The translations under genes and the position numbers were made by a program. A stretch of 64,000 bases of DNA from Octopus sinensis (lineage: Eukaryota), in contig NC_043002.1 of assembly GCF_006345805.1 (NCBI RefSeq), positions 63,302,001-63,366,000 on the forward strand. Reading direction: 5' to 3'. A model generated the notes under the pieces. The model saw only the letters and a list, made by a program, of their open reading frames with translations, was not told the DNA's origin and searched no databases. This document shows, piece after piece, positions 1-11,400 of this stretch. The number at the start of each line of letters is the position of its first letter. Position 1 is the stretch's first letter.

Positions 1-965
1 GCTAGCTTGTGGGTGCATGCACTGATATATTGGCTGAGCTGCAAGCAGTTTTAGAGGCATGCGAAGAAATTTCAAAAGAAAAAAAAAGAAAGAAAGAAAA
101 ATACACAAGTGCTAATCGTAGAACAAATGTCCTCAAATACCTCGTATTCACTGGAGTTGTAGATTTCCAGTTGTATCACTTGTTCTTCCCAGAATGGGGA
201 GATTTCATTTTCAGTGCTTCTTAAATTGGAATAATTTATGTACTCTTTTATAAGAATTAGATCATCGGACAAGATTGACAATTAATTGTTAAAGTTTTAT
301 TGGTCTGCAGAAAGATTTATGGATATATTGTACAATAGCCTGAGGTATATCTTATAAATATAGCTTCATACCACACGTATTTGCAGCTATGTTGACAGAA
401 AAGCATCTAAATTATTTTCAAAATATGGTAATCAACTACAAAATGAGCGACACAAAGATGGGTGAGGTTTGGTAAGCCATTGTCTTCGCTACAGACAGCT
501 GTTGGATTGGAGGAAAATATTATGTAGCTTGGGTGACAAACATCTGTTCTTAATTCTTAGATATGTGACACTTTCGCATGGCTTAATCGTTTTTGATGAT
601 ATTCGATGATAGTTTTTTTTTTTTTTTTTTTTTGGTTTTTATAAGTCCGCTTAACAGAAACAAGTTGTAGAAACCACGAACGCTCTAATCGCATTTGATT
701 AGATTGAAAATAATTTTAATAACCACCACATTATATGCTTTTTTTAGTGTCAGATAGATTAAAGTAGGGAGTGGTAAATATATAGACCTTGGGACATATG
801 TTTGTTTGTAATGATATGTTTGTTTTGATAAACGATTGAAACGTTGTACACGTACACTAGAATGTTATTCCACTACCTACTGAATGGAAATCGTATTCCC
901 TGAGAGCGTGTTAACGTATGAAATGAAATACAAACATATACACTTAGACACACACAGGCATGCGG

Positions 966-1070
966 CATAGGCGCAGGCGTAGCAGTGTGGCTAGCTTCCC
1001 ATTCACAAGGTTCAGGAGTGACCACTCAACCGTCTAGCTGAGTGGATTTGGTAGATGGACTCCCATCGCA
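966..1070 (+). mobile_element. SINE family B head, internally deleted; part of it is duplicated at 1227-1292
   Basis: ggcgcaggcgtagcagtgtgg head and gagtggatttggtaga segment match the other family-B copies in the window. Confidence 0.7.
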
Positions 1071-1092
1071 TATATATATATATATATATATA

Positions 1093-1139
<47 letters not shown>

Positions 1140-1313
1140 ATGTGTCTGTATGTGTGTGTATCAATCTATCTATCTATCCATATATATATCTATCTATGTA
1201 GATAGAGAGATAGATAGATAGATATCCACAAGGTTCAGGAGTGACCACTCAACCGTCTAGCTGAGTGGATATGGTAGATGGACTCCCATCGCATATATAT
1301 ATATATATTAGAA

Positions 1314-1535
1314 GGCGGCGAGCTGGCAGAAACGTTAGCACGCCGGATGAAATGCTAAGCGGTATTTCGTCTGCGTTACGTTGTGAGTTCAAATTCCGCC
1401 GAGGTTGACTTTGCCTTTCAAACTTTCGGGGTCGATAAATTAAGTACCAGTTCCGCACTGGGGTCGATGTAATCGACTTAATACCTATGTCTGTCCTTGT
1501 TTGTCCCCTCTGTGTTGGCCCCTGTGGGTAATAAA

Positions 1536-1538
<3 letters not shown>
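1314..1538 (+). mobile_element. tRNA-derived SINE family A, tail type 2, inserted in (TA)n
   Basis: ggcggcgagctggcagaaacgttagc (A-box-like) ... gagttcaaattcc (B-box-like); more than 15 related copies in the window. Confidence 0.9.
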
Positions 1539-1578
<40 letters not shown>

Positions 1579-1596
1579 ATATATATATGTGTGTGT

Positions 1597-1635
<39 letters not shown>

Positions 1636-2608
1636 TTATTTGTGTGTGTGTATGTGTGTGTATCAATCTATCTATCTATCTATGTAGATAGAGAGATAGA
1701 TAGATAGATCAATAGATAGACAGATACATAGATATGCGTGTATGAGTGTATTTATTCTTAAGATGATTCTAATATGCATTCTTCTTCAATATACATTCTA
1801 TTTCATCATCGTTTTATTTTGTCAACAAACATTTTAGTTATAAAACCGTTAGATCCACTTCAGCATAGATTTAATTTGCCAAAATGAGATGCAGCACAAA
1901 ATTTTGTCAGTGATCCGGTCGCGTTCTGAAAGTGACGAAAATAGTTTGGCAAATTAAATTAAAATTTGTTGTTTATCGAACGGCTTTTTGTGTGCTTTTA
2001 AATGGCTTCTAATCACCTTCCACACTGTAGTTGTTTTTGTCTTCAGCACACGATCTCAGATCATGTCACTTGCTATGCAAGTACATTTCAATAATTTTAT
2101 TTATACTTGTCTATGTAATTTCACTAATTTTTTATTCTACTCTTCTTCAGAATTTAGTATTTGTCTGAGTTCCACGTTTTAGAGAGTTTCCATGATACAG
2201 GTAAAGAAAAAACAACGGTCTTTTCGTTTATTCATATTAAAAACGTCCATTTTATAGATGAAAAGAAATCAGGCGTCCCTAACTATGTATAGTATTTAAA
2301 CAGAAACTGGTAACATACGCATTCCTGCGGTGTCCATGGTGATGCATATAATTTACATCCGTCTTCCTAGTTGTCAGCAAGCTACTTGCTTTTAGTGTCT
2401 TAATATAACTGTCATTTACTTCATTCATTCATTATCTATCTCTATATTATATTGTCTGTAACCAAGTATTATTTGAAATTGACTCTCTCACATATATGCA
2501 CGTACACGCACGCGCACGTGAGAGCACACACGCACACGTATTATAAAAATTATGCAGGCAGTACGCATTGATAATTGTTCCTAGCAAATAAGTTAAAATG
2601 TAAATTTA

Positions 2609-3466
2609 CGAAGTCTGATCAATAAGTAACCGGACTGTTTCCATAGTAACAAATGTGAAGGATGGAGACTGAAACCGCTTGGCAGAGAGTGATCGTCAAC
2701 TATGCTCTATAAGCGCGTTAAGATTTAACGTTCTAGCTCACTTCTGGTGTTTACAGTAGTGCTTGGAAGGAAGGTGTGTAGCGTGTGACCATTGCATTGA
2801 CCATGACAGAAAAAGTTTACGGAGAGGAGTGTATGGAGAGGGGTGTATGGAGGAGAGTGTATGGAGAAGAGTGTATGGACAGGAGTGTATGAGCTATACA
2901 AGTGTAGGAGTTGTTTAGAGATTTCGAAAATGGAAGAAAAAATGTCGATACTGACGAAATTTCTGGTGAAGGCGTAACCATCAGAGTTGAGAGAAACATC
3001 GCAGATGTGCGTTCAGTTCTGAGGGGAAGTCGTCGAATTACCACCTATGAGTTATCAGAAGATGTGCGGATTAGTTACGGTTCAGTTTAGACCATTATCA
3101 CTGAAGATTTGTATATGAGACGTGTGTTTGCTAGCTTTAGGCCAAAACAGCTTTCAACTGACCAAAGAGACTCTTGGGGCCCTCAGTTGCACAAGACATC
3201 TTTCATTGTGTCGAGAACGATGTAGGCCTCTCAGCAGGTATCGCCAAACTTTTGTCAAAATTTGATGCAGATTCTCTGCTTAGCTTTCTCTGTCAGGGTC
3301 AAGTGACTATCACACGCTACACACCTTCCTTCCAAGCACTAGTATAAACATCGGAAGTGAGCTAGAACATTAAGCCTTAGTGCGCATGCACAACAGCGTT
3401 AGAGGTCAATAATTGCTAAGCGGATTCTGTGTGCGTGCTTAGGATTCCATACTATAGCAACAGTCC
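2609..3466. mobile_element. Mariner fossil with fold-back structure; the right arm is an inverted copy of the 5' end
   Basis: TA + cgaagtctgatcaataagtaaccggact TIR-like start. Plus strand encodes ..ENGRKNVDTDE..RRITTYELSEDVRISYGSV*TIITEDLYMRRV..; minus strand 3225-3298 encodes (M)TEKAKQRICIKF*QKFGDTC*EAY. Arms 2630-2815 and 3283-3466 are inverted repeats. Confidence 0.9.
2821..2891 (+). repeat. About 5 copies of a 14-bp tandem repeat (ggagaggagtgtat) amplified from the mariner VYGEEC codons
   Basis: Direct reading. Confidence 0.85.
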
Positions 3467-3495
3467 ATATATGTATATATGCTTATATATTCTTT

Positions 3496-3636
3496 TGCGT
3501 GGCTACGTGGTGAGAAGATTGCTTCCCAACACTATGGTTACTGGTTCAGTATCATTGCGTGGCACCTTGGGCAAGGGTCTTCTACTACAACATCATCGTA
3601 AGTGAGATTGGTATACGGAAACTGAAGAAGTTCGTC

Positions 3637-3640
<4 letters not shown>
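3496..3640 (+). mobile_element. SINE family B head (CORE-like ccttgggcaag segment) followed by (TA)n/(TG)n
   Basis: Matches the family-B copies at 12298 and 27355. Confidence 0.85.
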
Positions 3641-3692
<52 letters not shown>

Positions 3693-3933
3693 TGAGTGTG
3701 TGTGTGTATGTGTGTGTGTGTGTGCATGTATGTATGTTATTATATATATATATATATAATATATTATATATGTTTATATAGGTACTGTAAATTTAGGGTG
3801 AATACTTGATAAGTGTAAGCACCTGTATACGCCAGCTAGTGGCAGAGTATATATATATATATATTATATATATATATATCTATATTTATATCTATATATA
3901 TATATATATATATACTATATATATATATATATA

Positions 3934-4100
3934 TTAAATTAGAGATAAAACCACTATTAGGCAATCATACAATGAAAAACTTAAGCCATACATAAGATTA
4001 ATTAATTTATATTAATTTAAATATATATCAAAATTATTAAAAAAAGTATAATTAGTATAACACTACGATCGTTTCCTAGCTGTCCAATTCGAGTTACAGT
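3934..4100 (-). mobile_element. (TA)n-embedded module related to 14631-14938; keeps only the 3' half of a hammerhead (GAAAC-GATC-GTA-GTG)
   Basis: Shares gagataaaaccactatt..atacata with the reverse complement of 14880-14935. Confidence 0.7.
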
Positions 4101-4272
4101 TATATATATATATACATGTTTATTAATTTCTGTTCAAAGATTTCTAATGTAAAGTCGTTTGTTGAAAGAAATATCGTTGTATTCAGGATGGGCATTTTTT
4201 TAATAAATAAACAGACGCATTATATATTAGTTCTTCACACATTTATTACTGTTCTTATTCTAACTCCAGTTC

Positions 4273-4323
4273 GTTGTCCGGAAATCTTTCGTCACACATC
4301 TGTGACATCCTCAGCGACACCTT
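4273..4323 (-). ncRNA. Type I hammerhead ribozyme motif, slightly decayed
   Basis: Minus strand reads tgtcg CTGAGGA t GTCACA gatg TGTGAC GAAAG at TTC cggaca. Confidence 0.7.
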
Positions 4324-5703
4324 CCGTCTTCGTGTATGCTCTTGCCCTGCTGATTCCATTCTGCTTTTATTCTATCATGCCTATCCTTATATATGCGCAT
4401 GCGTCCTTTTGTGTATGTGTGTGTGTACATGTGCGTGAGTGTACATGTGTGTGTGTGTGAGTGCGTGTTTGTGTTTGTGTGTATATGGGTTCGCTTCCTA
4501 TGTTGTTTGGTAAACGTGCTTTTTGTACCGTTTTATTTTTTATAGCTCTAATTTTTAGAGTGTGACCAGAAACCAAGAATGGAACAATAACGTCCACGAC
4601 CACATCATACAACATGACGAGGGGAAAATACAGACAGTGTAATACACAAACAATACACATATATGCACATATATGAGATATAAATAAGAAAAATAAATAA
4701 CAGACAACCACACCAAAAAAATTACCATCCCCAAATACAACTATACACATACACACGCACTTACACACACATGATGTATATAATATATGTATGCACGTTC
4801 ACTTTTGATTTTGAAATTTCAATTCTTCCTCTAACTAAGGAGTTGGTTTCTAACAAAATACAAAGCTACATCATAAGGATGTCGATCACAAAAAGAATAT
4901 CACATTTTACTCCTGAGAAAAAAATTGCATATATTTACTTGCAATTTATGTTTTTAATTTTTCGCGTAAGTTAGTTGACTTCACTTTTTGAAAACCGTAG
5001 CTTATCCAGATTATCACAAAGCCATTTATTTACAAACAAAATGCACAAATTATTATTTGTCCTTCTTTTAGTATGTATGTGTTTATATATGTCTGACTGT
5101 ATTACTTGAAGATTGAAGCATACATGTCATCTTTACAACATTGTCATGAACCTCAAGCTATAATATTCTGATATGCACTAAATGCATTTTAATAAAAGAA
5201 AATTTCTGTAAGAATGACATTTTGAATTCTACTGAGAGCGTAAAGGCACACCACGCCTTCGCATTCTATGCTATTCATTAGCAAGCTGAAATCCTCCCTA
5301 TTCTGAATTCTATGAACTAATGTTTGCCAAATATATATTGCGTAAGAATTAAGCAGATTCATTGCCAAATGTACCCTACCTCTCTAAAATAACTCGCCAC
5401 GGATTAATTGATAAATGTAATTAATGAAATATTTTGGGATTCTGAAATTGACTAAGTTTACTTGGCTTTTATTTCACTCTTGGCACATAGAAATTCCTCT
5501 GCCGCAGCTGTAAGAGATAATTTATACATTATTTACATTATTCACATTTGACGTATATTTGTCCTCGTATTGTTTGCGTTAACAACATTTAAGATGAGGA
5601 CAAATATCCGTCAAATGTAAGCAATGTAAATAGTGTACATAATTCCTCATCTCTTAAATATAGAAAGGAGGTAATTTATTCACTGATATTTTGGACTGTT
5701 GAA

Positions 5704-6004
5704 AATATCCTTTCTACTAAATGCACAATGCCTGAAATTTGCGGGGGTTAGGGTTATTTGTGGGGGAGGAAGAAATGTGTTATTTGTGGAGGAGTAGGGA
5801 AAATTGATATTTGTGGTGGTATAGGGAAATTTGTGGGCGGGGAGACTAGTCGATAACATCGGTGCCAGTGTTGATTGGTATTTAATTTATCGACCACGAA
5901 AGGATGAAAGGCAAAGTCACCCTCGGGGGAATTTGACCTCAGAACGTAGCGGCAGACGAAATACCGCTAAGCATTTCGCCCGGTGTGCTAACAATTATGC
6001 CAGT
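5704..6004 (-). mobile_element. SINE family A, tail type 1, with a local G-rich tandem expansion in the tail
   Basis: Reverse-complement match to family A; atttgtgg(g/a/t)..ggga unit repeated about 4 times at 5738-5845. Confidence 0.8.
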
Positions 6005-6214
6005 GGATTGTTGTAAATATGATGATCATGTTAATACGCTTACGTATGTACTTCCTATGACTGCGGTCGCGACATATTATGAAACGTGAACTCAGTCCTA
6101 GCTTTATCTGAATTTATCTCTGATAGTGTAATTTGAACAAACCAGTTTATTTTTATATACAAGAAGTTAAGGAATACCACTGAGTCAACATATAAAGGCA
6201 TGTGTTTAAAATTA

Positions 6215-6372
6215 CGCATGGTAGTATGGTACGTATTCTGCCTTCCAACTGCATGGTTTCATGTTCAATCCTACTGCATGGCACGTTCGGCTGGTGTCTT
6301 CAACTCTAGCCTCGGGACCACCCAAAGACCTGTGAGTGGACTTGATAGGCGGAAACTGAAAGAAGCCTAACG
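6215..6372 (+). mobile_element. SINE family B head, diverged
   Basis: ..tagcctcggg..caaagacctgtgagtggacttg..ggaaactgaaagaagcc. Confidence 0.8.
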
Positions 6373-6600
6373 TATATGTATATATGTGTGTGTGTTGCGT
6401 ATGTGCGTATGTGTGTGTATACATACAAACACACACACACATATATATAGATGTATATATATATATATACATACATGTATGTATAAACATATATATATAC
6501 ATATGCATATATATATATATATACATACATATATATATATGCATATATATATAATATATATATATATTATATATATATATATATAATATATATATATATA

Positions 6601-6636
<36 letters not shown>

Positions 6637-6640
<4 letters not shown>

Positions 6641-6859
6641 TAAAACGGTAAGATAACAAAAGAAAGAAAGAGACCTCAATATTATGTAAATAAAGGAAAT
6701 TTATCTATACAATAATATGTTACATTACTCGATAGTCAAGATAAAAGTTTTAGATACCGAAGTGGGAATCCACGACTTAACCGAAGAGATGTCGTGGATT
6801 CCCACTTCGGCGTCTGAAACTCAGAGTTTTATCTTGACTATCGAGTAATGTAACATATT

Positions 6860-6867
<8 letters not shown>
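6637..6867. mobile_element. (TA)n-embedded palindromic module with ~70-bp inverted arms and a degenerate hammerhead-like fold at 6778-6831
   Basis: Arms 6706-6776 and 6791-6867 are reverse complements; the same family recurs at 35321-35480. Confidence 0.8.
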
Positions 6868-6907
<40 letters not shown>

Positions 6908-6924
6908 TATATATATATATATAT

Positions 6925-7620
6925 GCATACCGGATGGATTCTTAGAACCTTTAGAACAAGAGACCAGGAAATCATGATGGTCCTCTGGATGACACTTGTC
7001 CTTGCCCCTTTGACTATTGCTCTCAGCTATGGTTACCATCCAGTGTCAAATTAATCACAGAACCTGAGGCGATCCAACGAGGGTACACGAAAAAGATAGC
7101 CTTTGTGCAGCATATAAGCTATTGGGAAAGACTCAAGAGATTAAGACTCTATTCCTTAGAGCGTAGACGAGAAAGATATGCCATAATATATATCTGGAAG
7201 ATCCTGCAAGGACTTGTCCCAAATTTTGGCATCGAGAGTTACGCAAATACTAGAACTGGGCGCCTCTGCATAGTGCCAAGGACTCCAATTTTGCCATCAA
7301 GATGTAGGACAAGATACTGTGATAGCCTGGGCTTCAGACAGCTCTTCAATATCCTCCCGAAGGACCTGAAAGACATGCATGGGGTGGATGCAGATGTCTT
7401 TAAAATAAAACTGGATCTCTTCCTGTCAGATGTCCCAGATGAATCCAACTTCACGGCAGGAGGTGCAGATGAGGGCAGCTGCATCGAACTCTCTCATGCA
7501 CCAAATGGCAATTGCTCAAAAGCATTCGTTAAGTAAAATCATGTAGCAACACCGAATGGCGGTGCCCCAGTATGGCCACAGCTCGTGAACTGAAACTAGG
7601 TGAAATAAAATAAAAAATAA
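6925..7620 (+). mobile_element. CR1/L2-group (jockey superfamily) LINE, 5'-truncated 3' end (post-RT region and 3' UTR)
   Basis: GWILRTFRTRD..FDYCSQLW..ISYWERLKRLRLYSLERRRERYAIIYIWKIL; ends in an A-rich (taaaa)n tail. Confidence 0.9.
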
Positions 7621-7654
7621 AATATAAAATAATATATATATATATATATATATA

Positions 7655-7656
7655 GG

Positions 7657-7727
<71 letters not shown>
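7655..7727. repeat. (GATA)n microsatellite; a second tract lies at 8225-8438
   Basis: Direct reading. Confidence 0.95.
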
Positions 7728-8325
7728 ATATGTTTAAGTTAGTTGCATTATGTTTGTCACATATTTCAACTGCTAAAATACACCGCAGTTACTGCGGTGA
7801 CAGAAATATCTCTTATGGTAAAAAGTTTTCTGCCAGGCATTACCCATCATACTTGTCCCTTTGGCCGAAAGGCCGTATGTATTCCATCTTCGTCAATCGT
7901 TTTAAATTACAATCGTTTACTTTCGAGCGTCCACTCTGTATCGTTTTCTTTGCTCGAACCCTAATTCTCGGCAAATTTTTCCGGGTGCAGCCGATATGTG
8001 TAATTCTGTCTTATTGTTAACGGCATGAAACCGAGTATTAACATTTCGGTTGGTAACTGAAGAAGAATTAGGGTCCTTCTGTGTCAGTCCTACGTGTACG
8101 TTGTTTAGTATTTAATGGATTTTCATCTATTAAATAACTGAACGCTGCGCATCTCAACTTTTCTTAACAGTAGGTTTGTGTGTGTGTGTGGATAGCTAGA
8201 TACATACACAGATAAATAGATATATAATTAGATAGACACATAGATAGATAGATTGATTGATAGATAGATAGACAGATAGATAGATAGATTGATTGATTGA
8301 TAGATAGCCATATAGACACACACAG

Positions 8326-8430
<105 letters not shown>

Positions 8431-9309
8431 AAGATAGATTTAAGTTAGTTGTAATATGTTTGTCGCATATTTCAACTGCTAAAAGGCAAATACACTTATG
8501 GTAAAATGGTGCGAAAACTCTCACTTCGTTCAGTGTCACCATCTCTTAGGAACCGCAGACATTGATGTCTACAGTTTTTTAACTGTTGTCAATGAGATGC
8601 ACCTAAGTGACGAAACTCTGTACGAACTTAATAAAGCTGTTGTTTTATATATAATTCAGTCAACATTTCATCTGGTTTGTGCTAGTAGATGGCCCGATCA
8701 AAGTAAATAAGGAAACATTGGTGCAAAGCAGTGTTTAGGTATGAGAAGAATTTAGGTTAGTTGAAATAAGTTTATCAGGTGTATCAATTGCTAAAAGGCA
8801 AATGCACTGCAATTACCATGGAGAAAAAAATTGTCCCCTTGTGAAGTTCGTTCAGAGTTGTCTCTCTGAAGTACATCTCATTGAGCGCTACATCATCTGC
8901 ATGATGTGGAAGATATTCCATCAGCATTGTCCAAATGATGTTGGCATCTCCTTTAAGACACACCCAAGACTTGGGCCTCACGTTATCTACCCACGGCATG
9001 AATCATATCCGCATTACCTAAAAATTACGGTACAAATATTTCACCCTATTGGCCCCGCTCTCTTTAACTTTACACCAAAACTCATTAAAGCAGAGACAGA
9101 CCCATAAGGTTAAAGACGACTTTGGACAAACATCCTTCAAAAAATCGCGGATAAACCTTTCTACACCTGGCTATGTGTCTGTAGACAGTGACTTTCTACT
9201 TGAGTGAGCCATGGTGTCCGATTAAGGAATTATATGTCTTTGCTAGGTGTTGCTATTAAGTTAGACATGGCTTGGGTCAATACTGCCCGAAACCTATCAA
9301 AGTATCTGT

Positions 9310-9530
9310 TTGTATTTGTCTGTTTGTGTGTCACTCCCTCCATTGCTTGCTTGACAACTGATGTTGGTGTGTTTACGTCCACGTAACCTACGGCTTCGGC
9401 AAAAAGAACCGATAGAATAAGTACTAGTCTTGCAAAGAATAATTCCTGGGGGGTTGATCTTTTCGACTAAAGTCGGTGCTCCAGCATGGTCTCACTTAAA
9501 TGACTGAAACAAGCAAAAGAATAAAAGAAC
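9310..9530 (+). mobile_element. SINE family B 3' tail segment
   Basis: ttgacaactgatgttggtgtgtttacgtcc..gatagaataagtactag..ggtgctccagcatgg..gactgaaacaag. Confidence 0.85.
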
Positions 9531-9659
9531 ATATATAAATAAACAAGCATAAACAATACATATAAATAAATAAAGAATTTTACTACCCTTGAGGGATAAC
9601 AATGTTAGTGGACGTAAACTTAAGAACAGTAGCAGTAAATTAATAGATAGATATTATAT

Positions 9660-9895
9660 TCCTGTATAACAAGGGCACGGAGAGAGCACCAGCTTTGCTT
9701 GAAATAAGAGTCAAAAACTCTCCGAAGCCGCAAGAATTAACACAAGATTTCCAGAGGAATGGTTGGGTAAAAAAGTAAGTGAATAAGGATTGCTTCTTAC
9801 CTCTGCAAATTTGAAGGAAGGAATGCTAGTTAACCTGGTAGCATGAATTCGAATTTAGCGCCAAAAGTATTTGATTGTCTTCATCCAAGTCTACT
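9660..9895. repeat. Left member of a diverged ~240-bp inverted repeat; partner at 11170-11400, partial third copy at 10885-10920
   Basis: caccagctttgcttgaaataagagtcaaaaactctccgaagccgcaagaattaacac is mirrored at 11310-11380. Confidence 0.8.
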
Positions 9896-9988
9896 CATTA
9901 CAATAGCTGGATATCACTTCAGCCAAAGCCTGTGTATTTCAGGGCCAAAGCCACATTGAGAAAACGAACTAAGTGAATAAATTTTAAA

Positions 9989-10848
9989 TACAAGGTGTTT
10001 CAAAATCTTTGATATCATTTCGCAATCTAATATCTTTGCCAATTCTTGTTCAAATGACTTCAAATTTTAACTGCAATACTTGTATTTAAATACAGGTCAA
10101 AATTATATGTTTAATTTTTGATATGTTTATCTTTCCATGTATAGAATTGGCATTCACTGGAATAGAAAAGGCGTTCGAGTATGCTCAATCACAGTCGAAC
10201 CAGACTATGCAGCGTGCATTTCTGAGAGAATTCTCTAAAAATTTACCAATGGCAATGCAGATTTGGACATGGCATAAAAAATTCAAGGAGGAAGGCTGTC
10301 TGTGCAGAGCAAAAGGATCTGGACGCCCACTAGCATCGGATAAGATGTAAAAGTCTGGAAACCCAGATTCTTTCAACGACAGTTAGGCGCGTCCTGAGGA
10401 AACGCTTGCTAATGAAACGCTACAAACTGCAGCATGTTCAGGGCATAACGGCAGATGACAAGCAAAAGGGTAAACAATTCTCTGTTTATATGCAAAAGAA
10501 ACTTGAAGAAGCCGAGTTCAATGAACGTCTTGTTTTCAGTGATGAACGGCAAAGTCAATAACCATAAAGATCGCATTTGGGGCGAAGAAAATTCTCATGT
10601 GAGGCTCACCAAAAGTGAATGTGTTCTGCACTATCTCTAAGAAGCCCGTTTTTCTTTGAGGGAAATGTGACTGGCGATGCGAAATGGTTCATTGAATCGA
10701 CATACCTTTGAATTTCTCATTCAAATTAGGAAGAATAAATCTTATGTTGCTCAACATCAAGCCTATTTAGTTTCATGTGCTTTGACTATGAAGTTTCTGT
10801 TATATTTACATCTCAATGATATCAATTTTTTTAAAAACATCCTGCATA
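9989..10848 (+). mobile_element. Tc1/mariner-superfamily fossil with an internally deleted transposase
   Basis: TA-caaggtgtttcaaaa..tgatatcat end mirrored at 10815-10846. HTH-like QRAFLREF..IWTWHKKFKEEGCLCRAKGSGRP, then decayed VFSDE and V(N)NHKDRIWGEENSH motifs. Confidence 0.8.
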
Positions 10849-11169
10849 TAAAGAACGTTACTACTCATATGAAATAACAATGTTAATAACAAGGGCACTA
10901 AGAAGCACCAGCTTCGCTCATACTACCCCTGCAAAATTACAAAAAAGAATGGCAGTCGTTATATATAATTCTTATAAATATTTATATACATCTATTAATT
11001 CTGCATACACGGTTTTAAGCTTGCGGACACTAACATTGTTATCTCTGATAAGTAATAATGTTATTTACATATTTATAAATTAATTCGCTTAGTTCGTTTC
11101 GTCAATGCGGCTTTTGTTCTGAAATGAACACAAACATTGGTTGAAGTGGTATATAAGTATTGTTATAAG

Positions 11170-11400
11170 TAGACTTGTCGCAAGAGAATTAAGTGTTTTG
11201 GCGCTAAAGTCCAAATCATGATACAAGCTTGACTGTCATTCTTTCTTGTAATTATGCAGAGGTAAGGTGCAATCCTTATTCGCTTAGTGTCTGTTTCCCC
11301 ACCATGGCTGTGAAAATCTAGTGTTAATTCTTGTGGCTTCGGAGTATTTTTGACTCTTATTTCTAGCAAAGCTGGTACTTCTTAGTTCCCTGGTTATATA
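11170..11400. repeat. Right member of the diverged inverted repeat (partner 9660-9895)
   Basis: Alignment by eye covers agacttg..ttttggcgctaaa..gcagaggtaag..caatccttattc..ttgactcttatttc. Confidence 0.8.

Noticed and set aside
1-281. Overlapping 71-aa (+) and 69-aa (-) ORFs at the window start
   Set aside because: No recognisable domain and no convincing splice context; cannot be supported without homology or RNA data.
8784-9107. Complex ORFs of 101 aa (+) and 71 aa (-)
   Set aside because: No recognisable motif on either strand.
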